The notes beneath the pieces are model-generated. The model searched no databases. It saw only the letters and a list, made by a program, of their open reading frames with translations, and had not been told where the DNA came from. A stretch of 64,000 nt of DNA from an uncultured delta proteobacterium (GTDB taxonomy: Bacteria; Desulfobacterota; Binatia; Binatales; Binataceae): contig CAVXXK010000001.1 of the NCBI GenBank assembly GCA_963765675.1, forward strand, positions 576,001 through 640,000, given 5' to 3'. The translations under genes and the position numbers were made by a program. This document shows positions 32,218 to 41,543 of the stretch, piece by piece; position 1 is the first letter of the stretch; each line of letters starts with the position of its first letter.

Positions 32218-32384
32218 CGATCGTGCTCCATTGCATGCTCCATTGCGCCGATTTTTTGAAAAACTAAACCGATTGCCTCGATGACTTGATCACCGGCAAA
32301 ATCTCCGTCCGAAGCAGCGCGCCATCTCCGCGACGCGTCCGGGCATCGGAAAGCCGATCATCCATACTTCAGGAACGCTCTTGT

Positions 32385-32963
32385 TCATCGATCAATTCCT
32401 TGCGCGTAGCGGGTGCGGCCGCGTTTCTTCGAGGCGGCTGGGACAAGTCTGGGTTGCGCGAAATGGGCGGGCACCTGCACTGCCTGAAAGGTGCTCCCCG
32501 GCAGTCCGCGATCTTTGAGCGCGGGGCCCGGACGCAGGCTCATCTCGCGCGGCGCCACCTTTTCTTTGCAATTCGGACAAGTGAGCACCGGCTTCGTCGC
32601 GCGGCCGCAGTTGCGATGGACCAACTCGATCGGCGCGCCGGCGGCACCCGCCATCCAGCGGTCGCCCCACGTGTTCAGCACGACGATCAAGGGAAAGAGA
32701 TCGATGCCCTTCTCGGTCAAGCGATACTCAAACCGGCGCGGACGTTTCTCGTACTCGACGCGCGCGAAGATTCCGTCGCGCACCAGCTTGCCCAGGCGAT
32801 TGGACAACCTGTGAGGCGTAAGGCCGAGGTCCCGCTGGATCGCGTCAAAGCGGCGGATGCCAAGAAATGCGTCGCGCAGGATCATCAGAGTCCAGCGGTC
32901 GCCGACGACTGAAAGCGCCCGCGCGATCGAGCATTCAACGGTGTTGATTTCGTTCCAGCGCAT
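32385..32963 (-). CDS. HxlR family winged-helix regulator
   Basis: CSIARALSVVGDRWTLMILRD, RRFD, EYRLTEKG, WGDRW, C-terminal HxxC/CxxC. Start at ATG 32963. Confidence 0.9.
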   Translation of the reverse strand: MRWNEINTVECSIARALSVVGDRWTLMILRDAFLGIRRFDAIQRDLGLTPHRLSNRLGKLVRDGIFARVEYEKRPRRFEYRLTEKGIDLFPLIVVLNTWGDRWMAGAAGAPIELVHRNCGRATKPVLTCPNCKEKVAPREMSLRPGPALKDRGLPGSTFQAVQVPAHFAQPRLVPAASKKRGRTRYAQGIDR

Positions 32964-32982
32964 AATCGGTCCTGCCGCTCCA

Positions 32983-33250
32983 CCGGAGCGCTTTGCGTAA
33001 CCTGTCCGCTGAGCTGCTTTCGCGACGGGCGAGATTCCTCGCGATAAACGCGGTGCGAGACGATCTGCACGACGCGGAGCTAGCGCTGGATTCGCGCTCG
33101 GAATGACAATTCTCGCGGTTCTTGTGTCATTCCGAGCGCGCGCAGGCGATGCATAGTACGGTGTGCGCGTCCCTTCGAGCGGCAACAATCGCGAGGAATC
33201 TCGCCCTCGGCACTAGCACCTCTGTTCGATGGGTTACGCAAAGCTCTCGG
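32983..33250. mobile_element. Third copy of the nested-palindrome MITE-like element
   Basis: GCTTTGCGTAACC/GGTTACGCAAAGC ends, GGGCGAGATTCCTCGCGA/TCGCGAGGAATCTCGCCC, and GCGCTCGGAATGACA/TGTCATTCCGAGCGC. Confidence 0.8.
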
Positions 33251-33450
33251 GCGGCACAGTAGCTTCCAAAATAGAAGTCAGTCAAGCTATGCGGAATCAT
33301 CTTTCTCCTGATGGCGCTATGCGTCTGGCGCCTCGGCGTCCGCCACTACACCTCGCCCGGAACGTAACGTGGATTCCGGCACGAGCGCCTATGCCGAATA
33401 CCCTCCCCTCCGCGAGGTGCCACGGGCACGCGGGCGACGCGAATCCTGCT

Positions 33451-33488
33451 GATACCCTCTCCCTCCGGGAGAGGGCGTGGGTGAGGGC
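33451..33488. repeat. Intact CCCTCTCCC..GGGAGAGGG..GGGTGAGGG palindromic repeat
   Basis: GATACCCTCTCCCTCCGGGAGAGGGCGTGGGTGAGGG; the uninterrupted form of the host repeat at 11.0 and 27.3 kb. Confidence 0.7.
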
Positions 33489-33705
33489 GGCCTTGCGGCA
33501 TCTTCTCTATAATCGCGCGGCGCTGCTCTGCGATGTATCTCCACATACAGATGACGCTTCGCGCGCGCCGACGGGCCGTCGGCGACCACTGGCGGAAGCA
33601 GGATGAGAGAATCAACCGAGCCGGTGACGGCCCTCTGCTGGAGCAGCGATTCCACTGGTCGATTTCGCTTGTCCGAAATCGTTCATCGGGCTAACTATTG
33701 CGCCT

Positions 33706-34581
33706 ATGGATATCGGAAAAGTTGGAATGTGGTTCTTCCTCGACGCGATGAGCGCGCCCGACAGCGCCGAGTTCGCGAAGAAGGTGGAAAAGGCCGGCTA
33801 CAAGACGCTCTGGATTCCCGAAGCTATCGGCCGCGAGCCCTTCGCGCACGCCGCCTATCTGCTCGACCATACCGAGCGGCTCAATATCGCCACCGGTATC
33901 GCGAATATCTGGGCGCGCGACGCGATCACGATGTCGGCGGCGTCAAAGACCGTCGCCGAGTTGTCGGGTAATCGCTTCATGCTCGGAATCGGCGTCAGCC
34001 ACAAGCCTCTCGTCAGCAATCTGCGCGGGCATAACTACGACAAGCCCTACAGCTTCATGAAGGAATATCTGCCGAAGATGAAAACCGCGCTGTACGGCGC
34101 TCCGAAGCCCAGTGAAGAAGTGCCGGTCGTGATTGCGGCGCTGCATCCGAAGATGCTCGCGCTCGCGGCGGCCGAGACTAACGGCACCCACACCTATTTC
34201 GTGCCGCCGGAGCATACCGCGAAGGCGCGCGCCGCGATCGGTCCCAAGCCGATGATCTGCGCGGCGCAGGCAGTGATCCTCGAGACCGACGCGGCCAAGG
34301 CCCGCACCGCGGCGCGCGGCTATATGAAGACCTATGTCCCGCGCCTGCCCAACTACACCAATAATCTGAAAGCGCTCGGATGGGCCGACGCGGAGTTCGA
34401 AAACGGATGCAGCGACAAGCTGGTCGACGCGATCGTCGCGTGGGGCACCGAGGACAAAATCCGCGACCGAATCAATGCGCATCTGAAGGCCGGCGCGACG
34501 CACGTGTGTATCCTGCCGATTCGGTCGGATAACCCTCTGCTGCCCGACATGCGCGCGGTCGAAGCTTTCGGTCCGAAGTAA
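33706..34581 (+). CDS. LLM-class F420-dependent oxidoreductase (MSMEG_4141-like)
   Basis: GYKTLWIPE, ATGIANIWAR, LGIGVSH, AALHPKML, LPNYTNNL, AGATHV. Confidence 0.88.
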   Translation: MDIGKVGMWFFLDAMSAPDSAEFAKKVEKAGYKTLWIPEAIGREPFAHAAYLLDHTERLNIATGIANIWARDAITMSAASKTVAELSGNRFMLGIGVSHKPLVSNLRGHNYDKPYSFMKEYLPKMKTALYGAPKPSEEVPVVIAALHPKMLALAAAETNGTHTYFVPPEHTAKARAAIGPKPMICAAQAVILETDAAKARTAARGYMKTYVPRLPNYTNNLKALGWADAEFENGCSDKLVDAIVAWGTEDKIRDRINAHLKAGATHVCILPIRSDNPLLPDMRAVEAFGPK

Positions 34582-34590
34582 TCGGTATCG

Positions 34591-35031
34591 ATGATGATGA
34601 TGATTCGCACGCACAAGTTTGGCGTCGTCGCGGCGATGGCCGCGCTGACGCTCGCGCTCTCGGGATGCTTCATGACCAGCCAGGAGAAGCAGGCCGAAGA
34701 CGCCGAGGCCGCCGCCTCGAAGGCGCAGGAATCGGCCGCGCGGGCGGAGGACGCGGCCGCAAAGGCGCTCGACGCCGCGCAGAAGGCGACGGTCGCAGCC
34801 GATCAGGCGACCGCAGCCGTGCAGGAGGCGACCAAGGCTCTCGATCGCGCTTCTGATCGGCTCGAACAGCTAAGACAGTTTGAAGACCGGCAGAAGGCCG
34901 CGCGCCACACGCATCGTCACGTCGCCAAGGCCGCGAAACCCGCGCCAGTGGAAAGCGCCGCCGCGACGCCTGCGCCGTCCACCGCCGCCGCGACGCCGTC
35001 CGCCTCGACTTCCGCGCCGCCCGCGAATTAG
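34591..35031 (+). CDS. Ala-rich coiled-coil lipoprotein (alanine-zipper-like)
   Basis: LSGC lipobox followed by AEDAEAAASKAQESAARAEDAA heptads and an Ala/Pro/Thr tail. Confidence 0.7.
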   Translation: MMMMIRTHKFGVVAAMAALTLALSGCFMTSQEKQAEDAEAAASKAQESAARAEDAAAKALDAAQKATVAADQATAAVQEATKALDRASDRLEQLRQFEDRQKAARHTHRHVAKAAKPAPVESAAATPAPSTAAATPSASTSAPPAN

Positions 35032-35111
35032 ACCGCGCAAGAACTGGGCGATCCGTCTAGAATCTATCCTGCCGAGGCGCCGGTCCGCGCGCGCCTGGCG
35101 GAGACTCGCAA

Positions 35112-36117
35112 GTGCCTGAACCCACCCCCGCAAAATCCGAGGCGCAAGTCCGCGGCGAGCTGATCGCTCCGCCGATGCGGCGCCACGCATGGATCAATAT
35201 CGTCGGACCGCTGTGCGCGATCTTCCTGGGCGTCGCCGGCGCCGCGATCTACCTGAAGCCGATCGGCACGCTTAGGTGGATCCAGCAAACCCGCCTTGCC
35301 TGGTCCGGCGTCACCGAGAACGAAATCGCTCTCGACGACGGCCTGATGACTTACTACATCACCGGCGGCTATTGGGATCAGGATCCGGTGGTGATGGTCC
35401 ATGGGCTCGGCCCCAACGCGGCGCTGGTCTGGCGCGGTGTGATGAGTCCGATCGCCGACGCGCATTACAAGGTCGTCGCACCCAATCTGTACGGCTTCGC
35501 AGGATCGGAACATAAGCAGATCGATTACTCGATCGCGTACCAGGCCGGCGCGCTCGCGCAACTAATCGACAAGCTGAAGCTCGAGCATATCAACCTGGTC
35601 GGCTCCGACCTCGGCGCCGACGTCGCGCTTTACTACGCCGTCGATCATCCGGACAAAGTCGAGCGATTGATCCTCGTCTCAGGCGGGATGTTTGGCGCGG
35701 CGGGCGCTGCGCGCCTGCGCAAAGGGATGATTCCGACCACGCCTGACGCGCTCCAGGCCTATATCGCGCAGAGCTTTTTCGATTTGCCTCCGATGCCCGA
35801 TTTCATGAATCAGCGGATGCTCGCGGCGCTCGCCGACGACATGCCCGCGCAGACCGACATGCTGAACTCGGTGCCGAAAGACGAAGGCACATATCCGTTC
35901 CAAGATCGGGCAGATCTTCAATACGCTGACAATCATCCTGTGGGGCGCAAAAAATCCGTACTACACTACTCACGACGCGGAGGCTCTGCACGCAGCGCTG
36001 CCCGGCTCCGCGACGGTCGTTTTCAAAACCTCGGGACCGTTCCCCCAACTCGAGCATCCCGACGATTTCGCCGAGTCGGTGATCTTCATCGTCAAGCAAA
36101 CCGAAGGCGGCACCTGA
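35112..36117 (+). CDS. Membrane-anchored alpha/beta-fold hydrolase-like protein, with a frameshift near 35887
   Basis: VHGLG, PNLYGFAGS and LVGSDLG. After removing one G the frame continues IILWGAKNPY...SGPFPQLEHPDDF..V to the stop at 36117. Confidence 0.78.
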
Positions 36118-36204
36118 TCGCGGCTGCGAACGCGCGGCTTGCGTCGGGGGCGTTCGCTCTGCGATAAGCGGGTTTTGCTAACCCGCATACAAGGAGCGGA
36201 CTGG

Positions 36205-36855
36205 ATGAAGCTCTACAACATGAATCTTTCCAATTTCGCGACCAAATGCCGGATCGCGATTTACGATAAGGGCCTTCCGGTCGAGATCGCACCGATCCCG
36301 AACAACGACATGAAGTCGCCCGAGTATTTGAAGATCAATCCGCTCGGGAAAGTACCCACGCTCGACGCCGACGGCCTGATAATCGCCGAGAGCGAGGTGA
36401 TCAACGAATATCTGGAGGAAAAATTTCCCACTCCTCCGCTGCTGCCCAAAACGCCTGAGGCGCGCGCACGCGTGCGCGCGTTCACGCGCTTTCACGATCT
36501 GTATCTCGAACCTCCGCTGCGCGCGCTGTTCGGACAGATGAACCCCAAGACGCGCGACGACAAAGTCGTCAACGAGAAGCTGAGCGACGTGAACCTGCGT
36601 CTCGATCAGCTCGACAAAATGCTCGCCGACGGCGGTTTCGCGTGCGGCTCGGATTTCACGCTGGCCGATTGCGCGCTGGCGCCGACGATCTTTTTCACGG
36701 TGAATCTGCTCGGGATGTTCGGGGCCAAGCCGCCGCTGGAAGGACGCCCCAAAGTCGCGGCATGGTGGACGCATGTGCAGACGCGTCCATCGGTCAAAAA
36801 AGCGCTCGGCGAGATGGCCGAAGCGCTAGCCGCAATGAATCGCGGCGCCCGCTGA
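36205..36855 (+). CDS. Glutathione S-transferase
   Basis: YLKINPLGKVPTL, ESEVINEYLEE, FTLADC, RPSV. Confidence 0.92.
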   Translation: MKLYNMNLSNFATKCRIAIYDKGLPVEIAPIPNNDMKSPEYLKINPLGKVPTLDADGLIIAESEVINEYLEEKFPTPPLLPKTPEARARVRAFTRFHDLYLEPPLRALFGQMNPKTRDDKVVNEKLSDVNLRLDQLDKMLADGGFACGSDFTLADCALAPTIFFTVNLLGMFGAKPPLEGRPKVAAWWTHVQTRPSVKKALGEMAEALAAMNRGAR

Positions 36856-36874
36856 GCGCGCCGGAGCTTCTCGA

Positions 36875-36907
36875 GGTGAAGAGGCCGCCGAGCCGGCGGC
36901 CTTACTG
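36875..36907 (-). repeat. GTAG/GTAA-type REP hairpin (same family as 59257-59289)
   Basis: Reverse complement CAGTAAGGCCGCCGGCTCGGCGGCCTCTTCACC closely matches the CAGTAGGGCCGCC...CTCGGCGGCCTCTTACC copy at 59257. Confidence 0.65.
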
Positions 36908-36920
36908 TTCAGAATCTCGC

Positions 36921-37176
36921 GGCTCTGTATAACCCATCGAAGAGGTGCGCCGTGCGCGAGGGCGAGATTCCTCGCGATCCCTGCTACTCAACGGGCCGCA
37001 TACGCCACTCTGTGCATCGCCTACCTGCGCTCGGAATGACACACAACCCGCGAGAGTTGTCATTCCGAGCGCGAACAGGCGACGGCTATCGCTTCGTATG
37101 CAGCACGGCAAACAGGAGATATTGCGAGGAATCTCGCCCTCACGCACCCTCACACGCTCTCGAGGCGTAAGCTCTC
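36921..37176. mobile_element. Fourth, more degenerate copy of the MITE-like element
   Basis: Same inner stems (GAGGGCGAGATTCCTCGCG/GCGAGGAATCTCGCCCTC and GCGCTCGGAATGACA/TGTCATTCCGAGCGC); the terminal repeats are eroded. Confidence 0.75.
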
Positions 37177-37698
37177 CTACCAGGGCAGGCCGCACAGATC
37201 GATCGGGCCGCCGGGCCATCCGCGCGCGGTCAGTTTCAGGATCATCGTGTCTTGGGGATAGGTGACGATTCCTGAGGGCTGCCAGAATCGAGTCGGACCG
37301 TCGACGTGAATCCATCCGGCTTTTTCGTATACCGGCGCGACTTTGCGCCGACAGATCAACAATCCAAATTCCGCGCCGAGCTTCGTGCGCATGAGGGCTT
37401 CAGCGGCACGCAGCATCGCGGTGGCGACGCCGCGCTTGCCGTATTCGGGCTTCGTTACGACGTTGCCGATTCCGGCAACTCGGACGCGTTGATCCGCGGC
37501 AGTCATCTCTCGCGTCACGACCTTCAGGCTGCCGACGAGAAGTCCCTCGATGCGGGCGGTCGCAAACCACTCGGCGGGCGCCCACTGATACGCGATGTGG
37601 CCGAAGACCTCGTCAGTCCAGCATTTGAGTTCGCCCTTCAATGCCGGAGCAATCTCGTCCGCGCTCTCGATGCGGACTTCGATCGCGTCTGATCCCAT
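37177..37698 (-). CDS. GNAT family N-acetyltransferase (AAC(2')-like)
   Basis: IGNVVTKPEYGKRGVA, YEKAGW, C-terminal IDLCGLPW. Confidence 0.85.
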   Translation of the reverse strand: MGSDAIEVRIESADEIAPALKGELKCWTDEVFGHIAYQWAPAEWFATARIEGLLVGSLKVVTREMTAADQRVRVAGIGNVVTKPEYGKRGVATAMLRAAEALMRTKLGAEFGLLICRRKVAPVYEKAGWIHVDGPTRFWQPSGIVTYPQDTMILKLTARGWPGGPIDLCGLPW

Positions 37699-37701
37699 CG
37701 G

Positions 37702-38649
37702 CTATTCTTTGCGCTTGGTGATCTTGTCGATCGCGGCGAGGTCGTCGGGCGTCATCTTCCAGCCGCACGCTTTGATATTTTCGCTGACCTGCTCGGGCTT
37801 GGTTGCGCCGGAAATCACGCTCGAGACCTCCGGCTGCGCAACCAGCCAGCTCGTCGCGAGATCGACCATCGAGTGGCCGGCGCCGCGCGCGTGCTGCTCG
37901 AGTTTTTCCAGCACGGCAAAGTTCGCATCGGAGAGCATCTGACCCGCCCGCGCGCCCATCGCACCGAGGCGCGTGTCTTTCGGCGGTTCCTGGCCGCGGC
38001 GATACTTGCCGGTCAGAAATCCGCTAGCGAGCGGAAAGTAAGGCAGAATCCCGACGCCAAAATGACGGCACGCGGGAATCAGCTCGCGCTCGACCCGGCG
38101 GTCGAGCAGGTTGTATTGGTTCTGCGCCGAGATGTACGGCGCGAGATCCTGCGCGCGCGAGATCCACGCCGCCTCCGCCACCTGCCATCCGGCGAAATTG
38201 CTCGAGCCGATGTAGCGAACCTTGCCCGCGCGCACTATCGCGTCGAGCGCGGCCAGAGTTTCCTCCTGCGGCGTCACCGGGTCGGGCGCGTGGATCTGGT
38301 AGAGATCGATATAGTCAGTCCCCAGGCGCCTAAGACTCGCCTCGACCGCCGCCATGATGTACCTGCGCGAGCCGCCTTTCTGGTACGGTCCATCGCCCAT
38401 CGCCATCCCGAATTTGCTCGCGACGATTATCTCGTGGCGGCGATTTCCGAGCGCCTTGCCCAGCATCTCCTCCGACTTGCCGCGTCCGCCGTAGATATCG
38501 GCGGTGTCGAACAGCGTGATGCCTTCGTCGAGGGCGCGGCCGACGACCGCGCGAGTCTGCTCGGCGTCGATCCGCATGCCGAAGTTGTTGCATCCGAGTC
38601 CCGCGATCGAAACCTGCAAGCCCGAATTCCCAAGTCTTCTGTATTCCAT
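37702..38649 (-). CDS. Aldo/keto reductase
   Basis: MEYRRLGNSGL, GLGCNNFG, FDTADIYG, SLRRLGTDYIDLYQIH, GKVRYIGSSN. Confidence 0.93.
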   Translation of the reverse strand: MEYRRLGNSGLQVSIAGLGCNNFGMRIDAEQTRAVVGRALDEGITLFDTADIYGGRGKSEEMLGKALGNRRHEIIVASKFGMAMGDGPYQKGGSRRYIMAAVEASLRRLGTDYIDLYQIHAPDPVTPQEETLAALDAIVRAGKVRYIGSSNFAGWQVAEAAWISRAQDLAPYISAQNQYNLLDRRVERELIPACRHFGVGILPYFPLASGFLTGKYRRGQEPPKDTRLGAMGARAGQMLSDANFAVLEKLEQHARGAGHSMVDLATSWLVAQPEVSSVISGATKPEQVSENIKACGWKMTPDDLAAIDKITKRKE

Positions 38650-38747
38650 GCCTGATAATGTTTCGGCGCACCGCCCACGGTCAATCGCCACGCGGCGCGC
38701 TGCTTGCGCAGGCCTGTGCCCGGTCGTATCGTCGCCGGCAGAGCGCC

Positions 38748-39566
38748 ATGACTGCGAAATTGGAGAATGCCGCATCACCCGCCGAGCTGATCGATCTCGA
38801 GCGCTATCCGATTCTCGATCTCGCCAGCGCACGGGCGCGCGAGCTTGCCCGCGATTGCCGCGTTCAGCTTGATCGCACCGGCGCGTGCGAGCTGCCGGGT
38901 TTTATCAAATCCGATGCGGTCGCCGCTTTAGTGCGCGAGGCCGACGAGCTTGCGCGCCTCGCCTATCACAGCGTGGTCACCGGCACCGCTTATCTCGAAG
39001 CACCGGCGGCGTCCTGGCCGCCGGACCATCCGCGGCGTCATTACGATAAGACCTCGGTCGGCGTGGTCGCTTACGATCAGTTTCCGCCGCGCTCTCCGAT
39101 GCGCCGGCTGTTCGAGTTCGAGCCGCTGATGGAATTTATCGCGGCGGCGATCGGCAAGGACAAGCTCTACCGCTACGCCGACCCGATGGGCGCCCTCAAC
39201 CTTGCCGTGATGGGTGACGGCGAGCGGCTGCATTGGCATTACGATCAGACTGACTTCGTCACTTCGATCGCGCTGCGTCCGGCCGAGTTCGGCGGCGATT
39301 TCGAGTACGTGCCGCTCATCCGCAGCGCGAGTGACGAAAATTATCCGCGCGTCAAACGGCTGTTCGACGGAGACCCGGAAGGCGTCGTGCGCGTGCCGAT
39401 GCATCCGGGAACGCTCTTGCTGTTCGAGGGCCGCAACTCGATTCATCGCGTGACGCCGATTCGCGGCGCGACCACGCGCCTGGTCGCGCTGCTCGCATAC
39501 GACACCAGGCCCGACACGCGCAGCAGCAAGACGCTGCAGATGGCCCGCTATGGGCGGACCGCCTAA
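38748..39566 (+). CDS. 2-oxoglutarate/Fe(II)-dependent oxygenase, BesD/HalD-like fold with a hydroxylase-type HxD motif
   Basis: LHWHYD (HxD), GGDFEYVP, LLFEGRNSIHRVTP (distal His), and R in TTRLVA. Confidence 0.8.
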   Translation: MTAKLENAASPAELIDLERYPILDLASARARELARDCRVQLDRTGACELPGFIKSDAVAALVREADELARLAYHSVVTGTAYLEAPAASWPPDHPRRHYDKTSVGVVAYDQFPPRSPMRRLFEFEPLMEFIAAAIGKDKLYRYADPMGALNLAVMGDGERLHWHYDQTDFVTSIALRPAEFGGDFEYVPLIRSASDENYPRVKRLFDGDPEGVVRVPMHPGTLLLFEGRNSIHRVTPIRGATTRLVALLAYDTRPDTRSSKTLQMARYGRTA

Positions 39567-39606
39567 GCGCACGCGCAAAACCAAATTACGCTCGCGCAAT
39601 GCGCGG

Positions 39607-40829
39607 ATGCGCGTTGAGCGCGACCTGATCGGTGCGCTCGAAATCCCCGCGGCGGCGCTCTATGGAATTCAGACCTCGCGCGCGGCCGCAAATCTTTCTT
39701 TTTCGGGCCGCACGCTCGGCGACTATCCGTCGATGGTGCGCGGACTCGCGATGGTGAAGTGCGCGGCGGCGCGCGCGAATCTTGATGCCGACGTGATCGA
39801 CGCGAGAGTCGCGCGAGCGATCGAGCACGCCTGCCGCGCGCTATCGCCGGCGGCTATCGCGATCATCTGATCGCCGATCCGCTTGGCGGCGGCGGTGGTA
39901 TCGGGATCAATCAGAATGTCAACGAGGTCATCGCGAACCTCGCAAGCGAGCATCTTGGCGGCAGGCGGGGCGCAGACGCGATCGTGAGTCCGAAGACTCA
40001 CGTCAACGCGTCGCAATCGACCGCCGACGCATGCGCGACCGCGGCGCGAATCGCGATCCTCGAACAGGCGAGCGTGCTTGTCACCGCGCTCGGGGAATGC
40101 GTGCGCGCCTATCGAGCGAAAGCGCGCGAATTTCGCCGCGTGATCACGATCGCGCGCACCTGCCTGCAGGACGCGCAGCCAACTTCTCTCGGCGATTTTT
40201 TTTCCGGCCACGCCGCCGCGCTCGAGCGCCGCAGCGCTGACCTCGCTCGCAGGGTGCGCGAGCTTCGCCGCGTGAATCTCGGCGGCACGGTGATCGGCTC
40301 CGGCAGTGGCGCGCCGGCCGCATATCGGCGCGTAATTGTGCGCCGTCTGCGCGAGGTGACCGGACTCGATCTGATTGCGCGCACGAATCTTTTCGATGCC
40401 GCGCAGAATATCGACGACCTTGGCGCGGTCGCCGCCGCACTCGGGATGCTCGCCGAGGTGCTGCTCAAGCTCGCGCAGGATTTGCGCTTGCTCGCATCGG
40501 GACCCGGCGGCGGCTTCGGCGAAATCACTTTGCCTGCGGTCCAGGAAGGTTCATCGTTTTTCCCGGGCAAGATCAATCCGGTGGTTCCAGAGACGATGCT
40601 GCAATGCTGTTTCCAGGTGCTTGGACACGAACGCGCCGCGCGGCTTGCGCTCGAACGCGGCGAGTTGAATCTCAACGTGTTCGAAGGCGCCGCAGCGGTT
40701 AACCTGCTCGACGCGATTGGGATTCTCTCGCGCGCGGTTGCGCTATTTACCTCTCGATGTGTCGTCGGAATCAGGGCGAATGAAGACCGCTGCCGGGAGC
40801 TTGCGGCGCGCTCGCGGTTCAAAGCCTGA
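39607..40829 (+). CDS. Aspartase/class II fumarase superfamily lyase, atypical, with one base missing near 39842
   Basis: RVERDLIG..YGIQT.RA, NVNEVIAN, HVNASQST, RTCLQDA, NLGGT.IG, GSSFFPGKINP, GELNLNVF. Confidence 0.82.
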
Positions 40830-40992
40830 CCTGTCGATCAGGCGCTTTCCGAATCTAAAATCTTTTCATGGTCTGCGCACGCGATCGGACGCGCGTCTGC
40901 TTTTTGTGCGAGGAATGCAAAGCTCGTCAACGCCGCGCCGCTGGCATCCGCCTTGCTCTCTTCGAAGCAGAGACTAAGCGGAGGAATTCGAA

Positions 40993-41154
40993 ATGCTGTA
41001 CTGGACGTTGGTCTTTCTGGTCGTGGCGATTTGCGCGGGAGCGCTTGGATTCGGCGGAATCGCGGGCACGGCCGCCGGTATCGCCAAGGTTCTGTTCTTC
41101 ATCTTCCTGGTGATGTTCGTGGTCGCGGTTCTTTTCGGAAGGGCGCTTATCTAG
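40993..41154 (+). CDS. DUF1328 / UPF0391 small membrane protein (53 aa, below the ORF-track cutoff)
   Basis: [40 protein letters not shown]...; GGAGG ribosome-binding site. Confidence 0.9.
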   Translation: MLYWTLVFLVVAICAGALGFGGIAGTAAGIAKVLFFIFLVMFVVAVLFGRALI

Positions 41155-41537
41155 CGATTGTAAATCCCGAGCCAGCGCCGCCGATCTTCGACGATCGCGC
41201 GCCGGCTCTTCAGCAGAGCGTACGCGCCGTCCAGCGTCATCGCACGGCGGCTCGTCAGAAACCACGCGACCACCAGCGGCGCTCGCTCGCATCCTTCCTC
41301 GCAATGCACCAGCACCCGCTTTCCCATCTGGAGATGAGCGTCGATTAGCGCGGCGGTATCATTCATCGAGTCGATACCGCGAGCGAGAATCGGCATATGA
41401 ATCGCCTGCGCGGGCTCGCCTTCCGGGATATCGGACAGCACGTTGATAATCGTGCCCTCGAAGCGCTGCGCGTCCTGCAGATCCCCGACAAAGAGATTTT
41501 CGATAATCTCGCTTTCCCGCCAACCCACCGCTGACAC
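41151..41537 (-). CDS. Dual-specificity protein phosphatase family protein
   Basis: [10 protein letters not shown]; [13 protein letters not shown] (HCx5R); A..LKSRR. Confidence 0.82.
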   Translation of the reverse strand: MSAVGWRESEIIENLFVGDLQDAQRFEGTIINVLSDIPEGEPAQAIHMPILARGIDSMNDTAALIDAHLQMGKRVLVHCEEGCERAPLVVAWFLTSRRAMTLDGAYALLKSRRAIVEDRRRWLGIYNR

Positions 41538-41543
41538 CGCGTA

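Noticed and set aside
26856-33188. ORFs or N-terminal extensions running through the MITE copies (26856-27476, 32964-33188, also 10713-11348)
   Set aside because: They translate non-coding repeat sequence; the HxlR homology begins at ATG 32963.
38748-39566. BesD/HalD-type radical halogenase
   Set aside because: The iron motif is H-Y-D; halogenases replace the carboxylate with Gly or Ala.
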